In this document: positions 1-13,035 of the stretch, piece after piece
Position numbering within the stretch: position 1 is the stretch's first letter
Layout: every line of letters starts with the position of its first letter
Source of the DNA: Lingula anatina
Taxonomy: Eukaryota; Animalia; Brachiopoda
Assembly: GCA_051362555.1 (NCBI GenBank)
Contig: CM120640.1
Location: 57,638,788-57,702,787 of the forward strand
Reading direction: 5' to 3'
DNA length: 64,000 nucleotides
Translations under genes and position numbers: made by a program
The notes under the pieces: model-generated
Told to the model about the DNA's origin: nothing
Databases searched by the model: none
The model's input: the letters and a program-made list of their open reading frames with translations, nothing else

Positions 1-2679
1 CTTATGGAGACCAAAAAATTCTGGATTATTCACCTAATACATCAAATGCAAAAAGGGTCCAACAGTATATTCTTGCCAACAGGGTAACATTTTCTGAGCC
101 TCCTATTGTGGATGGACAGAAAGAGACAAGCTTGACTGTGGCAAATTTGGATTGTCTTGATGAAGGCAAATATGAGTGTGATATACGACTGTTTCCTAAG
201 CCTACAGATGGGAATGCATTTTCAAGGCTAACTGTACAAGGTGAGTTTAGACAGATTTTGTATACTTGTGTATAATCTGACATGCTACAATTACTACCAT
301 GATATTTTGTTTGTAATTGTTCTCGCCAAACTTTAAGATAATTCACTAAAAGATAATTCAATGTACTTATCATTTCAGTATTTTTAGAGAAAATAAAATC
401 ATATTTTTGACATTTTGATTTCTTCATTCAGTGAAAGGTAATAAAATATTGTATCTTAAAGAAACTGCAAAATCTTGTAACTGAATGGCTTCTGCAGTTG
501 TGCATTGAAGTGAATCATTCTTGTAAGGATGACTGGTGCAAGTATGGTAAGAAAGGTTAACTTAGTTGGTCCCTCAATTTGCACGCTCCACCTGCCTTAC
601 TCCTGTGTAAATAATCAACTGACCCTTTAGTCTCACCACCATTGTAGGGGAATATAATGAATTAATTTTTGTCTGATGATAAGCAACTTACAACACCATA
701 ATGTAATTAACCCCATATATGAATTTGTTTAGACCAGTGGTTAAAGAAGACAACAATATCAGAGCACCAAGAGGGGAGAGTTTAAGATAATTACAGAATG
801 ACTTAGAGAATGCATGACTTGTGAGTTAAAAAGAAACCTGCTGGTGGTGTTTCTTAGAGGCCCACTCATTACATCCTTTTATGATTAGCTACATGATTTT
901 TCACTTGCAGATCTAATAGAATTATATTAAATAAATATTACCTATTAAAGTTATTTAGACAGGATTTTCATCAAAATGTCCTGTTTGATTCAAGGTCATA
1001 TGGTACATGCAATAATCTTTGGTTCAGCTACATGTACATGTAGGTAGATTTCAATCATGCAATAATCCATCATGTATGTAATACTTGGAGGGATGAAAGT
1101 AAACCCCAAGTGTTGTTCCAGCAGTGCATTTCATTTATTGTGTTTCTGTGCAGTCATTAAAATGACACGGAACATGTTTTACTGTGCTGTGTTTATGCTG
1201 CAGTAAATGAAAAGCCCTAACAATAGTTATGGCTGTTATTGTTCAGAGGCCATTATAAGTCTATGTGACAGTTCTATGTCTCCACCAAACTGTACTGTTA
1301 TGTATTTTCTCAAGTTATTACTATATCAAAGGCTGTTATTGTTTGTTAGTTGCTGTAGATATTGATTGTTTATTTCTGTTTGCTTTGTTCAAATTAAGGT
1401 ACAGGTGGTAGCCATAATACACAAATTGCTAGATTCATTGAAAATCCAACATATTTACACTGTTTAATTGGTGATGACTAATCTGTTAAAAGAGCAAAGG
1501 AACATTATGATTATCAAAGGCATAAAACATTAAATATATTGAGTAACGTACATTTTGGGTATAGTGCAGTACATGTATAATTATAACAGTTTAGTACTTA
1601 AATATGGCATCATTACAGAATAAAAGAAATTGAAAAAAAAGATAACTCAAATAACTGCACATAATTACATTTTATAGATAGGAAACCATAATTTGAGAGA
1701 CGGTAACACTTGAGTTTTAAGTTAATGGTAGTGTTATTTAATAGCAAATTTTTCTTGTTGGGTTCTGTTTTGGGAAGGTATTTTCATAATTGCAAAGTTA
1801 AATATTATTTGGAGGTATTTATTGCTCTTTGTCCATCTACAAGTATCTCAAATTATCCAGTAATGATTGTATATGGTATGTTAAACCCTGTAGTATTTCA
1901 TCTATCTTGATAAAATATTGTTCCATTGTCATTTTCAGTGGCCCCCAGTAAACCCACACTAGAGGCAACATGGATTCAGGAAAAAGTCATCAAATTAATC
2001 TGCAGGAGCCAGTATGGAAAGCCAGCAGCTCAACTGGCATGGTATTACAATCAGGTAAGATATTATGTGCCACCTGCCCTTTTAATATCACCTCTAAGTG
2101 ATGCCTGTATTTGAAGAACTTGTGTAAGGTGCATATCATACATTTTGATGAATAAAAAGCTAGTGCATTTATTACTTAAAATATACATTTGATAAATGCA
2201 AAACTGATGAATGGAACAAAATGGATCATATATTTAGTATATTTTGTTATAAATGTTTACACTGTTATTATTATTTTTTTATTATCTTAGTTATTCAGAG
2301 TACCAAGAACAAAGTCACAACTAAAATATTTTTAATCTAATTCCTATCTAACTGCAATTGGGCATCCTACAACTATCCACAAACACACTTGAAAAATTAG
2401 CATCCTATTTGAACTAGGTTGAGTTGCTTGACAGTGACAGTCGTCTGACCACATACAACACCAACAGTGTTGGCAGGGGATCCTGCAATGTGACAACAAC
2501 TGTTAGTGAGTTGGCCCTGGAGTTTGGCTCCTTATTAGATGAGATCACCTGTGAAAGTAGGCACCCTGCTTTCCAGAAGCCAGAATCCACAAGGATGAGA
2601 CTTGATGAACAATTCTGTGAGTCTCTCTCTCTCTCTCTCTCTCGTTCACAAGGCAATTTGTAAGTTCTTTGATTAAAAA

Positions 2680-2713
<34 letters not shown>

Positions 2714-5700
2714 GTGCACACATGCACACACACTCACACACACGTGAATAAATTAATACAAATAAATGTGTGAGTGACTGCTGCTAAAAGGGTGAAGTTG
2801 AAAGACTACATACTAGTAATGTCTTTGCAAATATGGAGTGATCAGTAAAAATCACTCACTAGCTAATTGTGAAGGCATTTAGTACTGTACTATATTCATC
2901 ATGGTGATGGAGAATGTTAATGCTATGTGACATTGATTGCATTACTATCTCAAAGTAAGCCTGTTGTTCAATAAATCAAACATGCTCATCAACTCACACA
3001 CACCTATGTGCCTGGGATGTAGGACACTGCAACAGAGAAAATAGCAAATCTTTGATATTTTCACAGTAAGAAATTATCCAATAATATATTCAGATTTTCT
3101 AATGGATTATCAATATTTGCTGAATATCCTGATGAATTTGAAATCAAGATATTCAAGCTTTTGACATGACCTGCAACTCTGTAATGTTTTTTCATATTGA
3201 TTTTAATGACCAACTGCCAACTTGCTTGTGGCTTCCTGTTATTCCCCTGTCTCCACTTAGCTTCCTTATCTCACATGATGTCTGCCTGCCTGTTCAGTTT
3301 AGACATCAAATAATGAATCCCTTTAGTAGGTTGCTTCTGTTTTCAGGATACTGCACTACTTTGTTCAACCTACTTGTCAAGCATTTTTTTATTGTGTTGA
3401 ATGCTGCTAAAGTAAATCTAGGATTAAAAGTAGAATAAATCCATAGATAAAAAAATTCCCAATTGGACTGTCAAGTTTTCACATGGTAACAATTCATAAA
3501 TAATATTTTCTTTGCTAATGTGGGGAAATTGATGGTAAATATGAACCATTTTGTAGTCATATATTTCCAGAAACTCCTTTAATGCCCCATGAAACACCAA
3601 ACACATGATTTTACTCATGCATGTATCATAAAAACATTTGTGCATTAGCATTAATGTATGTATTTATAACTGAGTTCATATAACATCATGTATAATCCAT
3701 TACATACCTATACTTTTAGATCCACCCAAGAACACCCCACTAAACATTGCCCAGCTCTCAGATGGTAACTTTAAGCTGAATTGTTCCAAGAATAGCCGTC
3801 CCCCTTCAACGTACCGATGGTACCGGATGGAAAATGGTACAAGAACCTTGGTGTCCCGGGAGGCTACCCTGATAGTGGACAGCCCTAGTGACATGGCAGT
3901 ATACCAATGTGTGGTGGACTACCCTCTCTCCGTAGTCAGAATCACTGTCCATCAGAATTGGACCTTGGGTGGAAGCAAAAATATTGTTACCCTAGCAACA
4001 ACAAGTATGAACTCTTTTGTATGTTTTTTCAGGGCCATTTGTGTTATTTCCAATATCAAGATGCAGCATTATGATTTAAATTCGAGCTTATTAACACATA
4101 TTTTATTTGTGATTAATGTGATTACCAACATCAAAATAAGTATAATAATTTTTAAAATATTTTAAATGCTGTGATACCTCAAAAAGAACGAGGAATTATT
4201 TTACGTTGAAATTAATGTGAAACATGATATGAAATGGCATTGTTCTTTTTACCTCAGCTCATGGTACTGACGCAGGTGCAGTTATTGGAGTTACACTGGG
4301 AATTCTCCTACTTCTGGTGCTGGCAACAATTGCTTTCTTTATTATAAAGAGAAAAGTAGAAGGTATATACCTTATATGGCATATAACAAATCAACCCTCA
4401 AAGATGTGACTTATGGAGAACTATAGGCCAGATTTTACATGGATAAGTTTCAACCTATGGAAAATACTCTCCAAACTAAAGAAAATGCTTTCTTCCAAAC
4501 ATCAACATAAAAATGTAATAGGTACTGTTGCATTTGCTGAAAACAGAACAAAATATTAGATTAAATAACTGGAAAGGGCATGGGACAACAAAATTCAATT
4601 GAAAAAGTGCTGATTAGGCATACATTATTAATATGCCTTCAAATTATTTATTTTCACTGCATGTTTTATTTTAGAGGAAAATGAAGCCCATTTAGAAGCT
4701 AGTAAAGATGGGGTGGTCAGCAATGTCTATGCTGGCAGTGATGTAGAAAGGTCCATTACTGACTTGGTAAGTAGACCAGTACATTCAGCTTGATCTATAT
4801 GTTCTGATACCCATAGAGAGAGAAACAATGCACAAACATTTTGGTGGTGGGGTGGGTGGGGGTGGGTGGGAATGAAGGGGGGCTTCCAAAACAAAGGTAG
4901 CATATGCATACTGTTCCTCACCCCCACCCCCCACTCCCAATCCACCATTTGCTCGAAATGATCTTTTGGTCTTATTTAAAGTTTTTTTGTTTTTTTTTTT
5001 TTTTTGCTAATTGAATGGAATTATTGATGATAGTCATACAGCTTACCTAATTAACATTGGCTTTATATGTTGACAGGTCTGATTCCAGTGAATTGGAGAA
5101 AATCAATAGTACTAAGAAAGCAGAAATGTTGTGTTAATGATCCTTGAGATGTCACAATGTTACCTGCTTCATTAACCAATGTGGTCATGAGAATATCACA
5201 TCTTTTGGTTAAAATTCAGAGTGCTGAACATCTCCATAACCCCATTTAATTGTGATTGAGACAATTTGGTGTTTTAAACTGACAAAAATATATCATCCTT
5301 ATCATTTCCTTTTCTGTCCAGTTGCACAGGTGATGTGCACTGGACTTTTAACCTTCATTTTTGCTGCATAATGCATACATGTTCTTTAATCTGCTTTCCA
5401 TAACAGAATGCCATTTCAGTTCTTTCCTCCACTAGTGAGTCTATTGACATCTATAGCCATCAGTATCAAAAGGCTTTTTGACTGATTACATTAAGGTTGG
5501 TCACACCTTTATAGATCTGTGCCTACGTGTCATATCGAAGTAATGGCAAAAACATACCCTCCATCAGGGTCTCAGAAAGAATTTCTGCACTGGGACCCTG
5601 TGATAAAAAAGGTTAACTTTATGATTAGAGAGTTGGTGACTATTACGTAACTTTCCAGGCACTGCCCCTCTGATATTTAAAAAAGTAAAGATCGGTTATT

Positions 5701-7328
5701 ATGTACTGCAATCCACATGCCTCTCAGTGGGGTTGACATTAGACGCCTAGGCTCATTAACTCAAAAGCATCGCAAATTGCAACTGCATGCAAACGTGGAA
5801 ATCCATCGCTGTTGCCTAACTGGAAGGCATAATTTGCAACTGAGTTCTAATAGCTTTTGAGGCTATTATTTGCGACAAGTAAATCCGGTCGCAATTGCCT
5901 TTGCAAATGCATAATTTGCCATTTTATAGTGTCTTTAATGTAGTTAAACATGGCGGTAAGTTTTGGTAGCTACTGGTAGTCATTATAGCATATTACAAAG
6001 CATGGAAGCTTATAAAAGATTGAGTCACTTGGTGCATCTGATAGAAAGAGCAGTAAATTTTCATGTGAAGAATGCTATGTAATATTTAAAATATTATTTC
6101 ATCAAAGGCCAAAAAATTTACTAATGAACAGTTTATAAAGTCATATTTTATTATGCATAAAAATTTCAAAATTATATATAATTTGATATTTTATAATGAA
6201 AATAATTGATAATAATCATAAGTTTAAACATTTCATTTTCTACACAAAATGAAAAAGCAGAAACAAAGTGTTCAGTCACACCGTAACCTTCCTCAGTGTG
6301 TGTTATTATGAATATGAGATTGAACACTACTCACCAATGTATCAGTAATTGTATCATTCCATAATACCAAATAGTTTTTGTATTGTCAAATATCTAAGTT
6401 CATTTCTCTTAAAATTTTGGGGAAGCTTGGGACTGACGTAACTGTTGCCATTTTTCTTAAAACATCATTGTGCATAGTTTCGGGAAGCCCTTCCTGACAA
6501 TGGGGCTTGTTTGCCAGCCAGATAAGCAGAGACGTGTAATACAGTAGGTATTTAGTACCTAGGAAGTGTTTGGAGTTTTTTGGTGTGCAAACTTTTTGGT
6601 TGCAAGTTGAGATATTTGGTTTTCTCTTACATTTCTCTACAGAGAATTTTTGCACAAAAATGATGTCATCACTCAGCTGTCCTAGGGAAGAGAATAACTT
6701 AACTTTGGCTTAAAATTGAAAATATTTATACCCACTCCAATAGTTATAATCATGGATTGTGTTAAGCAGTTGTTGCGTTGTTGCTGTTTAACAAACATTT
6801 GACTTAGAGCACAATCTCCAGTTTTATTTGACTGACAATGTGGATCTAATCATTTCATAGCATGCCGTACATTATGAGCTACTAATGCAACTCCTAACTT
6901 GTAATTTTGTGGCATTTGCAAGTGTTATCCAATATTGAATATATATATTTATACCTTGATCTTTTATTATGTAGGTGACAGGTGAGATTGTTGAGAATTA
7001 ATTACCTTGACAGCCTGTGCATGTGCATATTTTATGTACTGCTACAGTGTAAAACCAATAGAATAAGACAGATATAAGTCATTATTTATAAAGGTAGTTT
7101 GACAGGTATGGCTATCTCATATTAAAATGTTTTTTAAATAAAATAGTTAACTTTCTATCATTCCAGGATGCACATTCTCTGACAGAAGGTTCAGTTCGCT
7201 ATAGCACACATTTACAAGGTTACATCAACGACTCAGACTATGTTATACCTGATCCAGACCCAATACACTCGGGATCATCTAAAACCAGTATATCTGAGTC
7301 AGCCAACCCCATTGGTGTCTTTATTTGA
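1..7328 (+). CDS. Ig-superfamily type I membrane protein, V-C2-C2 nectin/CADM-like (5'-partial; exons <1-240, 1939-2054, 2418-2616, 3720-4004, 4258-4362, 4675-4766, 7167-7328)
   Basis: GT-AG exons splice in frame. They give a V-set end (SLTVANLDCLDEGKYECDIRLFP), a C2-set domain (LICRSQYGKPAAQLAWY...ITCESRHPA), a third Ig domain (LNCSKNSRPPSTYRWY...VYQC), a TM helix (GAVIGVTLGILLLLVLATIAFFII-KRK) and a tail ending GVFI-stop. Confidence 0.85.
2622..2742. repeat. (CT)n, (TA)n and (CA)n microsatellites
   Basis: Direct reading. Confidence 0.9.
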
Positions 7329-7662
7329 GGGATTAATGCTGATTTGCGAGGGAAGCCTTGACAGATGAAGATGAAAAATTAAAATATATGGAAGGATGGG
7401 CAGTTCTTATATAATGCCCTATGTCACCTGCTGATCATAACTGGAAAGCATGCAAGATTGATTCTGTTTTGCATATTTAGTATATTAGTTGGTTGTAAAA
7501 TTACCTGCATTGCCTCACATGATAGACTATTTCCAGTGATACTAACTTGATTTCATTTTTAGATTTATTGATTTTATCTTGTTTTAATTATATCTAAGTA
7601 GTTTCTAATGAGAACAAAATGAGTGTAAATAGAAATACCATATTTTTCTTGTAAGTTAAAAT

Positions 7663-7696
<34 letters not shown>

Positions 7697-8235
7697 AAAG
7701 AGAGTGTGTCACTGTGAGTGTGTCACTGTCATGAATTAGATATTTCACAGCACTAAATGAAAAGAAAACACTGTGTGCAGTCCATGTTAATGGAGTATTG
7801 AAATTAGAAGCCCTCTACTTGAAGTATGTGTTCTGACTTGCTGGGTAACATTAACAGTATTTACAGGATGCTGAATTTTCATTTCTTCTCACTTTGCAAG
7901 ATAACTAAGTATTCTTAGACGTCATGCTTAGAATAGTGCTGTAATACAGCTGATACTCAAGGATGGAAGTATTGACATTTTCCATTTGTATCGTGCTTAT
8001 GTGCCGATCTGTAGCATTAAGTGATTGTTGATTGCTGACATGTGTCTTTTTTCGAGTGGAACCACTGTTTTGGAGTTTAATATTGTATATATGTTTGTCA
8101 TTAGATGTGTCATGTGTACTTACCAGCTCACCAAAATTTCTGGTGCTTCTTTGAAATGTAACACTTAATTGGTGCTTTCTTGTTATTTGATACCATTTCC
8201 CTTGAATTTTGATTTTTTTCTTATGTAAATACAAA

Positions 8236-8241
8236 AATAAA
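8236..8241 (+). terminator. Candidate polyadenylation signal of the Ig gene
   Basis: AATAAA about 900 nt after the stop codon, where CpG-poor sequence switches to CpG-rich sequence. Confidence 0.4.
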
Positions 8242-8259
8242 TTATAGCATTATGACAGC

Positions 8260-9091
8260 GGATTCGTTTTCTTCACTTGATATGTTTGCATTAGCCCTTT
8301 AGTATATGCTGAAAGAGATCGTTCGATTGTTTTTACGCGAACACTCCTAATTTCTGTTTAGATCACCAATATCACTCCCTAAGGCTTGCTACTCGCTTTT
8401 TCGCTTATGTTTTAAGTAAATGTAAAAGCGGCAAATCGTCCCAATAAAACGTTTTATTAAATCTTTGCCACGGCTGAAATTTTTTAAATATTATTGACCA
8501 GGTCGACATATTGCTCGAAAACATAACAAAATAAAGGAAAAACGGGAGAAAAAAAAACGGGAGAAATTTGTTAGTATTGTTTGTTTCCACCCTTTTTAGT
8601 ATCATCCCATGAGCCATAACATTATGAAATGTAGACTCATTTTTATATTGTTTAGATATTTTAAAGAACAAAAGATGATAGCTTTATTTGAGCAAATGGC
8701 GCTGGTTTTTCGTGAGTATTGTCACGTGAAATCGAAGGAGGCGTGACTGTTCTAATGCCAGCGACACTTGACGATCAAGAAATAAAACGAAAAAGGTTTT
8801 CGTCAGCGATCGTCAATTTCTAAAACACGCAAGCTCTGTCATTTTACAGTTTGGCACATGCAACAGCAATGTGAAACAAGGATAATGAAGAGTAATCAGG
8901 CCTGTAGACAGGGAATTCCTATTGGATTTTATAATAGCCAATATTTCCTTGTGGATTCTACCCTAGCCAGATTAGATAAAACCATCACACATTTTCACTT
9001 TCTGCATAAGGCTGCAATTGAAAGTGTTTCATTTACTTGAAAGGGTCTCATTGGTCCTGTTATCAACTATAACTATGTCTGTCTTCTGTCG

Positions 9092-9132
<41 letters not shown>

Positions 9133-9625
9133 AGAATAGCTTCTAAAGATTTAAGTGGGCGAAATGTCAAAGTGTTAGCTATTAATGGTTCGCTTGTCAT
9201 GATAACACTATCCAAAAGAACAAAATCTGAATCCCATTATCAAAATATCCGTCGATGAGGCGAGTGTAATGTGGTGCTGTCGGAATATTAATTTTCGATC
9301 TGGAGGCTTGCGGAAGTTAGTATGAACACCCGGAGCTAATATCGATCTGACGCAGTCTCTTTATTGTAACCGAGAGGGCGGCCATGTTATTGTTGCCAGA
9401 GCTTTGGTCTTGTTAGAACATACATTTGTTTTAACACGCACACCTGCTGTTATTAGCTTATATTTACACCTGAAGTGTGCCGCGACAGTATATGCGATGT
9501 AAACGCTCTTCTATCTAGCCAACGTTTGTTGCATCGTAAAAAACTAAACATTTTTTCGAGATGACTACATGAATGCATTTTGGAGTATTGATTGCAGAGC
9601 CCATTTGACGTTATAGCTGGTAAGT
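8260..9625 (+). promoter_or_regulatory. CpG-rich putative promoter and non-coding first exon of SYT12 (donor CTG|GTAAGT at 9619/9620)
   Basis: Abrupt rise in CpG density and a consensus 5' splice site. The first SYT12 coding exon begins at an acceptor (19065/19066), so an upstream exon is required; assigning this one is inference. Confidence 0.4.
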
Positions 9626-12600
9626 ACTGTAGGTTTTCATAAATTATCTGTCAACGCTGTTTGAATGGCTTTCATTATTGTTAACATTGAAATGCGTGGC
9701 AGCTTGGTTGAAAATGCCGAGAGAATTTGTTCGTTTTGATAGAATCGTGACCAAAAACCCAAGGTAACTGGGATACACGAAGCATCTTAAATGAGTGTCT
9801 ATATTTATTGAAAGTCGGCCGTCTCGGTACCCAGAATAAACATTAGTTATTAATATTTTTGGTAAATGAGGGCTTTAGTTTGTTTGTGTTAACTTGGTAT
9901 TGTGTGCTGTGTATTTTCTTTAATCCAAAGTTTTATAATACGGATAATTCAACGGGCAAAGATATTTTACACGTTGACCCGTCATTTGACAGCCACTGCT
10001 GTCTTGTCAATATAAACGTTGCCGCCAGCGGGAGGCTGTATACCATCGTTCCGTCGTTTATTCTTTGGTTCTGATCCCACAAAATATTAAAATGCGTGCC
10101 ACATAATACTCAGCTGATGCTGACAACAGTGAGTTTCGCTTCAATTTCCGCTCTTGGGGTCCGCATGGCCTACTGGTTTCTGATGCACGCAATATGCGCC
10201 GGAGATCAATACCGACCATGGTCGGATCATTAGCAAAAGATAATTGAATTTCACCTTATCAAGTTCTATTCGGCTTACCGATTTCTGAAATGCTACGTCT
10301 GCGGCTTACTAGTTCATTGCTAACAAGCGTTGATGACTTTATCTAGTTTTCTGCGAATGCAATATGTGCATTGTGTCTAATGTTTTGTGAGAATTTGACG
10401 AACATTAACTGCCGTACATTATTGAATAAAGTGAACAGTTCGATGTCATTCTAAACCTCTATAACATATATCGGAAATTGAATCAATCTGTTTATGGAGA
10501 TTGTGACAGTTCAATGTAAAGACCAATATGAGCATGGTTTGTAATTGAAAATTGAGTGTTTACGGAAAGGCAGTTTTATATGCATATTTTACTCTCATAT
10601 AACTACTCTGTCCAACGGTGTACTATTCCATTGTTGTTTATGCTTTGAAAATCGAGAAAAAGTGAACAAGCTATTGCAAAAGTAAACCTTGTTGGGCAAA
10701 AAAGTTGCTCTTATGATAAGTATGCGATACAGATAACTGTGTTAAAATTGATAAACGTAGAAACTGTGTAAACATTGTTTTTTCTCGGAATATGAGAAAC
10801 TTACACTTGTCAAAATAGCCAATAGAACTATACAGAAGTTTTTACGTTAATGTGATAAAAATAACGGATTATATTTTATGTCATCTGGTTCTGACGACAA
10901 GGAGGTGGTAAATGGATAAAGCAACACAGCGTGCAGCTTGCGGACCACTATTACAATTTTTTTTTTCATTTTTTTCCGTTTGAGTTGTGTGAATTAGTAA
11001 ATTATTGCCATTTTTTAAACATTTCTGAACATATCATAGTTTTTGGCTAATTGCGCCTGATTTCCGTAGAAAGTAATATCCATGAAGTCTTAGTCTCTCC
11101 AGCTATTGACATCAAGGCTCATAATTATTTGTCACAAAGCAATTTACCTATTAAGAGGTATCGTTTCATGCGATTGGAACCTATTTGAAAGAGGAAACGC
11201 CGAGAATAGCATATCGATTAAATGTGGGAAGAGAAGTTGAACCGAGGGCTATTCTAAACCACGTCAAGTATTTGATTGAGGTGGACTTGCCTTGCATGCA
11301 TTATTCACAGCAATGATATAGTTCTATTGTAAGAGTTCTAAGGCATAAATTCCTTGAGATTTGAAAAAATCTATTTGAAAAAAATAGATAAGACTGGAAG
11401 GGATTGTTGTTCAGAACCCCTACACATGTAACTGTTGCATAACCATGGTACTGCTACAGACACTAGTAACACCCTATCTAGCTTTTATGGGTCTTCCTGA
11501 CAGTTGTGAATATTGCCTTGATAACCCAAAGGCAAGCTGCAGTGATAATTGCATTGATATTTCTGTTTTCAAAAGTGACATTTCGGCATGTGTTTCGTGA
11601 GAAGTAGACGAACTCAAAACTACTTTCTCCTGGCAGTTTTCGTATCTCTATCTACGCGTCATCCGTTTTGCTTTCTTTTTTATGGAATGGGGTGGGCATA
11701 ATAGGTCTGTTGCTACACGCGGTTTTCTACCCGTACTTTACCCGCTTTGCATTATATCCAAGGACTCTCTTTTTATACTGTTAAGGCATGCGAATATGTA
11801 TATATATGTAAGGCATTGATTAAACTGAAATAAATCTATATAAATAAATCTATTTAAATTGTCACTATGTAAACCATGTTGAAAAGATTCAATGTTCTAC
11901 AGTACAGGGTATAATGCCATTTATTGGTGGACATAGCCTCTTTGTCAAAAGTTAAGAAATGCTACATGTACGTATATCAAAGTCAATACGAGGGTTGGGA
12001 TGGGGCCGTAGCACTGCCATTTAAAGCATATTGCGCTATATTTTTCCATCGTGTTTTACCCATAGACATTATGTATTAAGAATGGAAACCAGTCGCTGAT
12101 CAGCTGGCGCTACGTGACTAAAAAACGTACTCTAGGTGGGGCTAACCTTTTAGCAAAAAGGGTGGAACTCTATGTGCAAGGAATGTCGTCTCAGAAAGCA
12201 ATACAGAAATAACACACAAAACATGCTGAATATGTACTGTGGGGCCAAAGACAAATTATACATAACAAAAACAATACGAACAAGACACGTGGATCAGCTT
12301 TTATTAGTTTCTGCACCGAACTCAATTGTTAGTCTGCCATCATTTCAGACACCACGCTTGATTTTATGCTGAGTCGCGAGAATTTATGCTCACTGATGAT
12401 TACCATCACATGATGACCGAGATTGCTACTATTGTTCAAGAAGGTAATTATTTTCGTACCCTTAAAGTACGCGTTCTTCTTATCTCTAGTTTTTATTCCA
12501 CTTGTAATGCAAGAAAGCAAACTGGATCTGCTGACTGTGGAATCTCTGGTCCATTCCCGTTGTTCTGCGATAGTCCACAATTACAAAGCAATCTATGGTA

Positions 12601-13004
12601 TAAAATCGATACCTGGCTAACTAGGACACATCCTGATGCCTTTATGACGTGATGTAGGGCAGGAAATTACCCTACACGTCGATTTATGATACTACTAGAA
12701 TACAAAGATAATCTAAAGCTGTTACCAGCGTCGTAATTATGATTTGTGTACTTAGATATACATAAACATTTCAGAAAATTGAGATTTTATGGTAAAAAAG
12801 TTATTTTATCTTCTCGGTTCTTTTGATTTGATGGACATCTTAAGGGTGGCATTTTGTTACAAGTACGGAGTACTTACATTTTTTCATTCGTCAGTCTTCA
12901 TCAGTTCTTTTCCTGCGTTTTATCGCAGATGTTATGTTATCGCGCACGAGTCTCTTTAACTGATCAGCTGTGACACGGATGCTTTTCATTTAGACTCTCC
13001 CCCC

Positions 13005-13035
<31 letters not shown>

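Noticed and set aside
26-427. 133-aa minus-strand ORF and similar antisense ORFs (2414-2743, 22531-22752, 24929-25225, 26137-26439, 31541-31753)
   Set aside because: They are shadows of real exons on the opposite strand or run through microsatellites.
10900-10960. tRNA/SINE-like A-box (GGTGGTAAATGGATAAAGC)
   Set aside because: No B-box or cloverleaf could be traced.
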